Origin: an uncultured Alphaproteobacteria bacterium | GTDB lineage: Bacteria > Pseudomonadota > Alphaproteobacteria > Rs-D84 | NCBI GenBank assembly: GCA_944389495.1 | Contig: CALXMN010000002.1 | Coordinates: forward strand, 85,704 to 149,703 | DNA length: 64,000 nt | Direction of reading: 5' to 3' | Part shown: one piece after another, positions 27,967 through 35,990 of the stretch | Layout: every line of letters starts with the position of its first letter | How positions within the stretch are numbered: the first letter of the stretch is position 1 | The notes under the pieces: model-generated | Database searches by the model: none | Told to the model about the DNA's origin: nothing | The model's input: the letters and a program-made list of their open reading frames with translations, nothing else | Position numbers and translations under genes: made by a program

Positions 27967-28203
27967 TTGCATAGTATTTGTGTGTGCGGTAATATATTTT
28001 TTGCCGGCGGGTGTTCCGCGGGCGGGGTGTGGAAACCCTTCTTTTGCGTCGCATTTTGGCGATGATAAGTTAATCCCTGATTTTTGGTCAGGGGGGTCGT
28101 GAATATATTGAATAAGCGACACAATTCAAAAGATTGTTTCCAACCTCCTGGCCACCAAATTTTGGTGGTTTTTGTTTAACAAAAACAAAACAGGGGTTTG
28201 AAA
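27967..28203 (+). promoter_or_regulatory. promoter plus ~200-nt conserved structured leader with intrinsic terminator (leader copy 1 of 3)
   Basis: TTGCAT (27967-27972), 17-bp spacer, TAATAT (27990-27995). The leader aligns in the sense orientation with 35991-36202(-) and 60839-61035(-). Terminator CCACCAAATTTTGGTGG followed by TTTTT at 28152-28173. The ATG is at 28204. Confidence 0.7.
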
Positions 28204-28785
28204 ATGAAAAAAATATTTGTGCCGGCATTATTGCTGGGCTTGGTGTTGCCTGTTACAGTGAATGCGAATACTGCGTCAGAACCGTGGAAGCCATACGGTG
28301 ATGCATATGATATGGTTGTTTGTACACATTGCTTGTCGGCGGCAATTGCGATGCAACAACTTATTACCGCGTATGAACATTCTTCTACGTGTGAACAGAT
28401 AGAAAATTATCCGGATTATATAGCAATGAAGGAAAGATTTAAACAGAATGCTATGACTGATGCATATGCGTATGATGTACCAGAGGCCGGGGTGTTTTTG
28501 GATACTTATTTGGATCAATTAGGTCAAGCGATTTGTCGCGAAAAAAAGGATGCAACAATATGTTTTGAACATTCTTTGTGTGCTTGTACGGCGGGCTATT
28601 ATGCTTACATAGTTAAGAGTGCAACCGGATTAATAGATCGCGCAGACTGTACCCCGTGTCCACAGGGTGGAATATCAAAAGAAAATTCTTACAGCATTAC
28701 GGATTGCTATTTGCCGTCTGGCACAATGGGCAGTGATGATTTAGGCGATTTTATGTACACAAAAGATTGTTATTATCAGGAATAG
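28204..28785 (+). CDS. secreted cysteine-rich protein, CYY-tail family
   Basis: Signal peptide MKKIFVPALLLGLVLPVTVNA|N. C-terminal module CTAGYY...DCTPCPQGGIS...SITDCYLPSGTMGSDDLGDFMYTKDCYYQE, shared with 35427..35990. Confidence 0.65.
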   Translation: MKKIFVPALLLGLVLPVTVNANTASEPWKPYGDAYDMVVCTHCLSAAIAMQQLITAYEHSSTCEQIENYPDYIAMKERFKQNAMTDAYAYDVPEAGVFLDTYLDQLGQAICREKKDATICFEHSLCACTAGYYAYIVKSATGLIDRADCTPCPQGGISKENSYSITDCYLPSGTMGSDDLGDFMYTKDCYYQE

Positions 28786-28896
28786 TTACACGGGTTATTT
28801 GTAATTTGGGTGTTGGCAATCGTCGGCGAATTCAATAAACAACCAATGCGCATCGGTGGTGCGCATTGGTTGTTATGATTAATTTGTAATGAATAA

Positions 28897-29844
28897 TTAT
28901 TTAATTTTATTATCTGAACCCATAATATTTCTTATTTCATCAACGCAATTATCATAAATATTTTTTCGCCCCAATCCCAGATAATCGCGTGGATTAAAGT
29001 TTTCGGGCTTGGTTGCCAATGTTTCGCGTACGCCGGCGGTGAATGCCAGTCTGGAATCACTGTCCACATTTATTTTGCAAATGTTTTTTTGTGTTGCGCG
29101 ACGCAGTTGTTCGGGCGCAATTCCGCGTGCGTTTGACATTTTGCCGCCATATTCATTTATTGTTTGGACAAAGTGCTGTGGAATGCTGGATGCACCGTGC
29201 AGCACCAATGGAAAGTTTGGTAATTGTTCTGCAATTGCGTCCAATATATCAAAGCGTAATTCTTCGTCGTCGGATTTACGTTTGTATGCGCCGTGACTGG
29301 TGCCGATGGCAATGGCCAATGAATCGATATTTGTTGCGTTTACAAAATTTACAACGTCGTTGGGGTTTGTATAACTGGATGTGGTGGCGTGGGTGTTTTC
29401 GTCTTCTATTCCCGCCAAGGTGCCCAGTTCGGCCTCGGTCGTTACGTCGTATTTGTGGGCCAAATCGGCAACCGTGCGCGCCAGTTCGATATTGGCGTCA
29501 AATGGTAATTTAGAACCGTCAATCATTACGGATGAAAAACCCAACTTAATTGCACGGGCGCACGATTCCAGTGATGACCCGTGGTCCAGATGCAGTGCAA
29601 CATTGTCATACTTTTTAAGGTTCAGTCCCCAAATCATACCGCGCAATAAATCGTCGCCCATATATTTAAGTGCCGATTCAGATACCGCCAAAATAACGGG
29701 ACTGTGTGTGTCGCGGGCGGCGGATATGATCGCGGCCAGTGTTTCCATATTATAAAAATTAAATGCCGGAATTGCGTAATGATGCGCCAATGCCGACGCA
29801 AACATTTCACGTGTGTTGACCAATCCAAAATCTTTATAGTCCAT
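28897..29844 (-). CDS. fba: class II fructose-bisphosphate aldolase
   Basis: YAIPAFNFYNMETL, HLDHGSS, IAIGTSHGAYK, LVLHGASS. ATG 29844 (MDYKDFG...; the ORF opens at 29856). Confidence 0.85.
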   Translation of the reverse strand: MDYKDFGLVNTREMFASALAHHYAIPAFNFYNMETLAAIISAARDTHSPVILAVSESALKYMGDDLLRGMIWGLNLKKYDNVALHLDHGSSLESCARAIKLGFSSVMIDGSKLPFDANIELARTVADLAHKYDVTTEAELGTLAGIEDENTHATTSSYTNPNDVVNFVNATNIDSLAIAIGTSHGAYKRKSDDEELRFDILDAIAEQLPNFPLVLHGASSIPQHFVQTINEYGGKMSNARGIAPEQLRRATQKNICKINVDSDSRLAFTAGVRETLATKPENFNPRDYLGLGRKNIYDNCVDEIRNIMGSDNKIK

Positions 29845-29933
29845 TTTATCCCCCATTTTTATGCAAATTATATCATAATCATTTTAATGGCGCCCCAATA
29901 ATTTGTGGGAATCTTTGACTGTGTTATTAGGAC

Positions 29934-30198
29934 TTGACAATTTTGTAAATTCGTCATATATTTATAAATGAGCGAACAAAACGATGCAAAATCAATCAGA
30001 TGGTGTGAAAATGTTTTGTGATAAGCATCTTGGCCGTTTATATTTTGGGGGTAACCCTGATTGGCCGCCGTGCGCCGTTGGGGGCGTCGGGGGATTGCGG
30101 GGGATTGCGGGGGATGAAATTTCGCAATATGTATTAATCGCCGATGATGGTTTTGTGTTAAATGTGGGTTAAAAGTCCGGGGTTTTCCGGGCTTTTTT
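29934..30198 (+). promoter_or_regulatory. consensus-like promoter plus ~230-nt untranslated segment ending in a terminator hairpin (candidate sRNA or cis-leader)
   Basis: TTGACA (29934-29939), 17-bp spacer, TATATT (29957-29962). G-rich tandem CGGGGGATTG x2.5 at 30088-30116. Hairpin GTCCGG-GGTTTT-CCGGGC followed by TTTTTT at 30175-30198. The next ATG is at 30255. Confidence 0.45.
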
Positions 30199-30254
30199 GT
30201 ATTTATTGGGATTTTTTTCCGTAAATACGTAATGCCAAACCAAAGGGGGCAAAA

Positions 30255-30722
30255 ATGCAAATGAAAAAAATAGTACCGTATAAAATAAAAAGATTAATCC
30301 CGATGTTGGGATTGGTCGGGGCGTCGTTGGTTATGCCCGGGTGTGATAAGGAAGATCCCATCCCAATGCGCGATATAGAACTGCGTTTTTCTGATGACGA
30401 TTGTTCCAATCTGTTTTATAGGGATAGAGAAGGTAGATTTTTTATCAGCGAAATAATAAAAACGTGTGAAAAAGATCCGTATATTAAAACAGTGTACTTG
30501 ATTCCTGAGGGCGATTGGCATATTTATGTTGCAAGTTCTATTAATGGATTTCGTAAATATAATCTTGAAATATTGTTTGACTATTCGTCAAAATTACGGG
30601 GTCGGGGTGATTTTAACTTTTATCCCGGGGCCGCATCCCAGGTGCCAGAGGATAGTTTGTGGTATGTAAGCAAGGGATTTACAATAAACAAGTATCGTCC
30701 ATTAACAGACTATCAGCGTTAA
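30255..30722 (+). CDS. lipoprotein, unknown function
   Basis: Lipobox LVMPG|C in MQMKKIVPYKIKRLIPMLGLVGASLVMPGCDKED. 155 aa. Confidence 0.55.
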   Translation: MQMKKIVPYKIKRLIPMLGLVGASLVMPGCDKEDPIPMRDIELRFSDDDCSNLFYRDREGRFFISEIIKTCEKDPYIKTVYLIPEGDWHIYVASSINGFRKYNLEILFDYSSKLRGRGDFNFYPGAASQVPEDSLWYVSKGFTINKYRPLTDYQR

Positions 30723-30749
30723 AAAAACCGGCGTTATGCCGGTTTTTTG
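30722..30749 (+). terminator. intrinsic terminator
   Basis: AAAAAAACCGGC-GTTAT-GCCGGTTTTTT. Confidence 0.75.
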
Positions 30750-30817
30750 TGTTGTGTCGGATGGTTGATTGTGCAAAAATCAAATTGTAAGTATTTTTTG
30801 TGCAAGTGGGACGGAAT

Positions 30818-32119
30818 ATGAAAAAGATTATATTTATTGCGTTTGGTTTATTTGCATTTGATGTGTCAAATGTGTTCGCATATACAGAAGTTTGTTCTGT
30901 TTTGGAAAATGGTGAATGTTCGCCGGGGTGCGAATTTGATGAAACCAAGGGTATGTGTAAATTGTGCACGCCCGGAACGTACAGCAATGAAGATGGTGTG
31001 TGCGTAAGTTGTAAAGATGTCGTTGGTTTTCCGCTTTATCTTGACAATTGGGAATATGTGGGTGATGGTGCAGAAAATGTTGACGAATGTAAAGTAAAGA
31101 TATTTTGTGATGCGGGTGAATATCTTGATACGATTGATATGACAACGGTGCAAGGAACAAAAATTGCTTTTAACTGTGCTAAATGTGGGGCGTATTATGA
31201 TTCAGGGGAAAGTGCCGACGGGTTCGAATTTTTTTTAAAGTTTGATATGACGTTGGTTGATGAAAATAACGAGGTTATTCCGGATATTACTGATTATTCG
31301 GTTACGAGATGTGGTGATGGACGCGTTGCAAAATTGATATTGGACAGAAATACCTGGGTGGGGTTCTGGGATGATAAAGAAGCGTATGCAAAATATAATG
31401 TTGGTTTTGCAATGGACGAAAATCCCACAGGTGGGTGGTCGAATGGCGTGTTGCCGGATAAGGCGGTGCAGGGTGACAGACCGATAAAAACATTCAAAGG
31501 ATATTGGACCGGTGAAAATTGTGATGGAACAATGTTTTTTGATGCCGATGGGAAGTTTAATGGAAATTGGTCGGGGTTGTTTGATTCAATGAATTCGAAT
31601 GGCGAGATAACTTTGTTTTCTTGCTGGGAAAATTATACCATTGCCGTCGGATATAAAAATCCCACTGGTTCTGGGAGTGTAACTTGGTATACGCAAAATA
31701 TTACCATAGATGATAACAGCGAGGGACAAAGTTTCCCAATTATGGAATATGGTGGCGAACCAGGTGGCGAGGGAATGGTTTTTCAACATTATACCTGTAC
31801 ATATACCGAGCGTGTCGGGGAACAAGACATTGTGCGTCCCTGCAGCAGTACACAAACTGTATGGAGGCCGGGTGAAGAAATTCCATTGGTTGGAACCAAT
31901 ATAACCTTTACACCTGTGTTTGGGGCGTGTGCGGTCGGCTATTATTGTGTTGGTGGTGAACAAATACCTTGTCCCATGGGAACAACCAGTAATATCGGCG
32001 CGGGGGCGGAATCACAGTGCTTTATGACACGTGGAACGGATGGAACCCAGTTTTGTGATGGCAAGGGTCGGTGTTTCACACTGCCGGGGACCGGAAATAT
32101 AAATTATGAGCCGGATTAA
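30818..32119 (+). CDS. large secreted cysteine-rich protein with CxxC-x-G-x-Y type repeats
   Basis: ATG 30818. Signal peptide MKKIIFIAFGLFAFDVSNVFA|Y. CKLCTPGTYSNEDGVCVSCKD and CAVGYYCVGGEQIPCPMGTTSNIGAGAESQC resemble eukaryote-type GCC2/GCC3 or VSP-like Cys repeats. Confidence 0.6.
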   Translation: MKKIIFIAFGLFAFDVSNVFAYTEVCSVLENGECSPGCEFDETKGMCKLCTPGTYSNEDGVCVSCKDVVGFPLYLDNWEYVGDGAENVDECKVKIFCDAGEYLDTIDMTTVQGTKIAFNCAKCGAYYDSGESADGFEFFLKFDMTLVDENNEVIPDITDYSVTRCGDGRVAKLILDRNTWVGFWDDKEAYAKYNVGFAMDENPTGGWSNGVLPDKAVQGDRPIKTFKGYWTGENCDGTMFFDADGKFNGNWSGLFDSMNSNGEITLFSCWENYTIAVGYKNPTGSGSVTWYTQNITIDDNSEGQSFPIMEYGGEPGGEGMVFQHYTCTYTERVGEQDIVRPCSSTQTVWRPGEEIPLVGTNITFTPVFGACAVGYYCVGGEQIPCPMGTTSNIGAGAESQCFMTRGTDGTQFCDGKGRCFTLPGTGNINYEPD

Positions 32120-32244
32120 AACAGATCAATTTTATATGTATGATTTTATATAAAACTTGACAACTGTAAATTTTGTGCAACAATTAAAATACGAATCGGG
32201 GAGCGGGTCAGAGGATAACAGAATAAAAGTCAAAGGATTGACAA

Positions 32245-32631
32245 ATGAAGAAAGTTCTGGTTTCTGTAATCGCGCTGACATCGCTGGCCGGTTGTGGCGC
32301 ATATTATGATTATTACAAGGGCGGGGTAAGATATACCCAAGATGGTCCGGATTGTATTTACTATGCCGGTGAACACGGACGTAATTATTCGCACTATGTC
32401 GGTGGGTTGGATACAGGTAAAAAGATTGTTTATCGTAATACCCGCTGTGAAGATTTGTATGCGATTGATAACTTTGGTCAAGAACCACGTCACGATCGTC
32501 AAATCTTGGCGCCGGCCGCCCAGGTTACGCCCTGTGATTCTTGTGCCCGGGTGGAAAAGGTTTCTTGTAATTCCTGTGCCCAGGCCCAGCCGGTTCTGAA
32601 ACGCAGATATATCATCGTTCCTGCTATGTAA
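32245..32631 (+). CDS. lipoprotein with Cys-rich C-terminus
   Basis: Lipobox SLAG|C in MKKVLVSVIALTSLAGCGAYYD. C-terminal CDSCARVEKVSCNSCAQ. Confidence 0.55.
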   Translation: MKKVLVSVIALTSLAGCGAYYDYYKGGVRYTQDGPDCIYYAGEHGRNYSHYVGGLDTGKKIVYRNTRCEDLYAIDNFGQEPRHDRQILAPAAQVTPCDSCARVEKVSCNSCAQAQPVLKRRYIIVPAM

Positions 32632-32747
32632 TTTGTGGAAAGATGTTGAATTGTCAACGGCGTCAAACAGACGCCGTTGTTTTTTATGTTTGCTTGAATG
32701 TATATAATTTTTATGATAAAATTAATGGAAAAGAAAGGGGATTTATT

Positions 32748-33122
32748 ATGAAAGGTTTGTTGAAATTATTTGGTTTTGCCGGAATTGCTGTTTTGGCGGG
32801 CGGGGCCGCCGCGGTCGCGGCACCGGCCGGGGGTATTGGTGTGAATGAAGCCGGGTTGTGCGCATTGATTGGGCAAATGTACGGTGTGTTCAAGATTTTA
32901 CGTACGTTGGCATTTGTGGGGGCCGCGTTTATTATTGCCGGTTGGGCCTGGGGTTATATATCCAAGGGCGAAGTAAAACTGGATGATTTGCAAAAGAAGG
33001 GTACCGGAATGTTGGTTGGGTTTGTGCTGTTGTTCGGTATCGGTGTTGTGTTACAGTTCTTTTTGTTTTCGAGTACGGGGTTGGGCATTATTGGTTGCTC
33101 GAACCTGATTACAAATTGGTAA
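32748..33122 (+). CDS. VirB2/TrbC-like (type IV secretion pilin-like) small membrane protein
   Basis: ATG 32748 follows AAAGGGG (the ORF opens at 32643). Long signal peptide ending AAVAAPAGG. A Cys precedes TM1 (GLCALIGQMYG...TLAFVGAAFIIAGWAWGYI), then a short loop, then TM2 (MLVGFVLLFGIGVVLQFFLF). Topology and length match VirB2-type pilins; the family assignment is tentative. Confidence 0.4.
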   Translation: MKGLLKLFGFAGIAVLAGGAAAVAAPAGGIGVNEAGLCALIGQMYGVFKILRTLAFVGAAFIIAGWAWGYISKGEVKLDDLQKKGTGMLVGFVLLFGIGVVLQFFLFSSTGLGIIGCSNLITNW

Positions 33123-33195
33123 AATTTTTGGCGGCCGGTTGGTCGCCATTTTTTATTAAACGCATCGTCTTTTTGTGGCGATGTTTTTTTTGTGT

Positions 33196-33426
33196 TTATT
33201 GTGGGTTGGTGTCGTCAGCACTGACCAACGAGTATAATACAGATGAAATTAATAATTGGTATGGGACGTGTTGTTGTTCCGCCATTTTCTTGATGCGCTC
33301 TAATATCTGGTGGGGAATACGCATATTTATAACACTGTCTGATTTGTTAAATGCACGATAGGCCGCGTATTCTTTTAGCAGGGCCTCGATATTCATAATG
33401 AATAATTGTTGCATTACGTTTGGCAT
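33196..33426 (-). CDS. BrnA/CopG-like ribbon-helix-helix antitoxin-like protein (orphan)
   Basis: AGGAG RBS 7 nt upstream of ATG 33426. INMRIPHQILERIKKMAEQQHVPYQLLISSVLYSLV matches the BrnA-type pattern (xxIRLxxxxLxxxKxxAxxxGxPYQTLIxxxL). No adjacent toxin ORF. Confidence 0.5.
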   Translation of the reverse strand: MPNVMQQLFIMNIEALLKEYAAYRAFNKSDSVINMRIPHQILERIKKMAEQQHVPYQLLISSVLYSLVSADDTNPQ

Positions 33427-33655
33427 ACACTAACTCCTATACAGGCGACAATACCCCCGTGTTTACAATCGACTATATCATCGTATTGACATTTGTCAAT
33501 ACATTTGTAATTGCGGTCGTCAACACGCTTGTAATGATTGGTGTGATGGCAGGTGTATTGTGTTTTGTGTTGTTGGGATTTGTTGGTGCGATTTCTTGCT
33601 TTTTATATAATATGCATATAGAATTATGGCGTATATATTGGAAAGGATTTTAACT

Positions 33656-34975
33656 ATGCTTAAAAAGTTTATGCTTGTACTGGTTTTTTCGCTGGGGCTG
33701 GTTGGGGCGGCACGGGCCGAGTTAAAGGTTGATATTATTGCCGGCGCAACAGAGCCGATTTCAATCGCAGTACAAAAAATTGAAACCGTCGGAAATGTTT
33801 CGGCACGCGATGCCGAAATGATACGCGATGTTGTTGATGCCGACTTAAAATCAACCGGTTTGTTTCGTATCGTTTTACGTGACGCATTGCCCGAATTTGT
33901 CGAAATGGGTAAAATGCCGGATTTCGTTTTGTGGAATGCCGTACGGGCCCAGGTTTTGGTTCAGGCAAAATTATCTGCGGAATCGGGCGGTCGGTATAAT
34001 TTGGAATTCTATGTATGGGATGTGAATGGTAAAGAGCAAATAGAGGCACAAAGTTTGGTTGCGTCAAAAAAATCTGTGCGACGTTTGGCGCATATTATGG
34101 CCGATGCAATATATGAACGTCTGACCGGCGAGGTGGGATATTTTGATACGCAAATCGTATTTATTGCCGAAACAGGACCCGTGGATAAGCGTATTAAGCG
34201 TATGGCAATTATGGACCAGGATGGATATGGATTACGTTATCTGTCCGATGAAGATACTTTTGTTATGTCGCCGCACTTTTCGCCAAATATGCAGACGATT
34301 GTGTTCCTGTCGTTTCGTGATGATGACCCAATGGTTTGGACGCTGGATTTGGATACCGGGGAACAACGACGTTTGGGACAATTTGGTGGAATGAACTTTG
34401 CACCGCGGTTTTCGCCGGATGGAACAAAAATTGCGCTGTCGTTGGTTAAGGACGGTATTACGCATATATATGAATATGATATAGAGTCAAAAAAACTGCG
34501 CCAATTGACGTTTGGATATTCGTTGAATACCAGTCCGTCATATTCGCCAGATGGTAAAAAAATGGCCTTTAATTCCGATCGTAGCGGAAATCAACAAATA
34601 TATGTTTTGGATTTGGAATCGGGTGATGTTGAACGGATAACGTATGGGGCGGGGCGGTATGCTACGCCCGCCTGGTCGCCGGATGGCAAGTTCATTGCAT
34701 TTACCAAAATTGCAGATGATACGTTCTATATCGGAATTATGGATCCGCGCGGACGTAATGAAAAAATATTGGCCGGCGGTTGGTATATGGAGGCCCCATC
34801 CTGGGCCCCGGGATCGCGGCGTGTGGTATATTATGAAACAGAAAAGGCACTGGATGATATTGAACGTATTAGTCATATTCGCAGTGTGGATATTACCGGA
34901 CAAAATGTCTATGAAATCGAATTGCCCGATGGGGTAAATGGGGTGGAACCAACCTGGTCGCCACGCTTACCATAA
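33656..34975 (+). CDS. tolB: Tol-Pal system periplasmic beta-propeller protein TolB
   Basis: ATG 33656. Signal peptide MLKKFMLVLVFSLGLVGAARA|E. Repeated blades: FAPRFSPDGTKIALS, TSPSYSPDGKKMAFNS, ATPAWSPDGKFIAFT, EAPSWAPGSRRVVY. Confidence 0.9.
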   Translation: MLKKFMLVLVFSLGLVGAARAELKVDIIAGATEPISIAVQKIETVGNVSARDAEMIRDVVDADLKSTGLFRIVLRDALPEFVEMGKMPDFVLWNAVRAQVLVQAKLSAESGGRYNLEFYVWDVNGKEQIEAQSLVASKKSVRRLAHIMADAIYERLTGEVGYFDTQIVFIAETGPVDKRIKRMAIMDQDGYGLRYLSDEDTFVMSPHFSPNMQTIVFLSFRDDDPMVWTLDLDTGEQRRLGQFGGMNFAPRFSPDGTKIALSLVKDGITHIYEYDIESKKLRQLTFGYSLNTSPSYSPDGKKMAFNSDRSGNQQIYVLDLESGDVERITYGAGRYATPAWSPDGKFIAFTKIADDTFYIGIMDPRGRNEKILAGGWYMEAPSWAPGSRRVVYYETEKALDDIERISHIRSVDITGQNVYEIELPDGVNGVEPTWSPRLP

Positions 34976-34987
34976 GTTTGTATTTCT

Positions 34988-35398
34988 ATGCGATGGGGTG
35001 TTGTTATTTGTTGTGCGTGCGTGCTTGTGAAATCGGCCGGGGCCGTGCCTGCGGTTGTTGATTATGTCTTGGATGGTGATACCTTTGCCGCACGGGTGGC
35101 GTTGGCGGATAATATAAAAATAACTGTGCGGGTGCGATTGGCCGATGTTGATACGCCCGAACTGAACGGTAAATGTGCCGATGAAATCGCAATGGCGGTA
35201 CAGGCACGTGACAGATTGTCACAATTATTACGCGTCGGTGATATTGTGGATTTGCGCGATGTACGCGATGATAAATATTTGGGACGAATTGATGCACGGG
35301 TCTTTACCGCAGATGGACGTGATGTTTCCAAAATACTGATAGATGAAAAACTTGGGCGGCCATATGATGGTGGGCGACGATTACCGTGGTGTAAATAA
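34988..35398 (+). CDS. secreted thermonuclease (SNase)-family protein
   Basis: Signal-like N-terminus. VLDGDTFAARV...VRLADVDTPELNG...KYLGRIDARV, the typical SNase pattern. Confidence 0.7.
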   Translation: MRWGVVICCACVLVKSAGAVPAVVDYVLDGDTFAARVALADNIKITVRVRLADVDTPELNGKCADEIAMAVQARDRLSQLLRVGDIVDLRDVRDDKYLGRIDARVFTADGRDVSKILIDEKLGRPYDGGRRLPWCK

Positions 35399-35426
35399 AA
35401 ACACCGATTTAATCGGCGTTTGAATC

Positions 35427-35990
35427 TTAGTTTGAATAGTAACAATCCTTGGTATATGTAATGGTTCCGGTGGTGTCTGAGCCAATCGCGCCCGCCGGCA
35501 GATTGCACGATGTTATATTTGTTGCACCCGCGGTTGTTGTGCTGGAAATGCCGTCCGAAGATGGACATTTTGTACAGCCTGATGTGCCATTTGTACTGGT
35601 GCCGTAATATCCGGCCGCACATCTGTATTCTGTTTTTTTACTGCAAACGCACGTCGTTGTGTTGCACGTTGCGGTGGTGCGTTTTTCATATCCGGTTGAA
35701 TGCGCCGACCAGGATGTCGATTCACAATCTGTACAGCCATTGGAACAGTCTGGATATGGGGTGCAAATGCCTTGGTTACTGCTGAGCATTTGGCAATAAA
35801 AGCCGTCCATACATTGGTTGTTTCTAATGCACGGACTGCCATGGCCGCCGGCAGCGAAAAGGCAGGTGGCGCCGCCACAGTCGGCAGGATCCATACATAC
35901 AATACCTGGATTGTTGCTGCAATATCCGAGGGCAGCAAATGCATTGTGCACGGCAAATATTGCACCGATTATTATAATGGTTCGTTTCAT
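35427..35990 (-). CDS. secreted cysteine-rich protein, CYY-tail family
   Basis: Signal peptide MKRTIIIIGAIFAVHNAFA|A. About 24 Cys. C-terminal module CAAGYYGTSTNGTSGCTKCPSSDGIS...NITSCNLPAGAIGSDTTGTITYTKDCYYSN. Confidence 0.65.
   Translation of the reverse strand: MKRTIIIIGAIFAVHNAFAALGYCSNNPGIVCMDPADCGGATCLFAAGGHGSPCIRNNQCMDGFYCQMLSSNQGICTPYPDCSNGCTDCESTSWSAHSTGYEKRTTATCNTTTCVCSKKTEYRCAAGYYGTSTNGTSGCTKCPSSDGISSTTTAGATNITSCNLPAGAIGSDTTGTITYTKDCYYSN

Noticed and set aside
27967-28203. Whether the three-copy leader is a c-di-AMP (ydaO-type) riboswitch, given that cdaA lies in the same window.
   Set aside because: I could not recognise the pseudo-two-fold ydaO architecture or its conserved purine-rich junction motifs; there are only vague resemblances (GGGGUGU.., ..CUAACCUCC). 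The idea stays open as a ligand hypothesis but is not claimed.
29984-30172. 62-aa ORF inside the promoter-to-terminator segment treated as a real small protein.
   Set aside because: There is no Shine-Dalgarno sequence. The composition is dominated by the G-rich tandem repeat (GGVGGLRGIAGD). It ends inside the terminator hairpin. It is kept only as an alternative in the corresponding finding.
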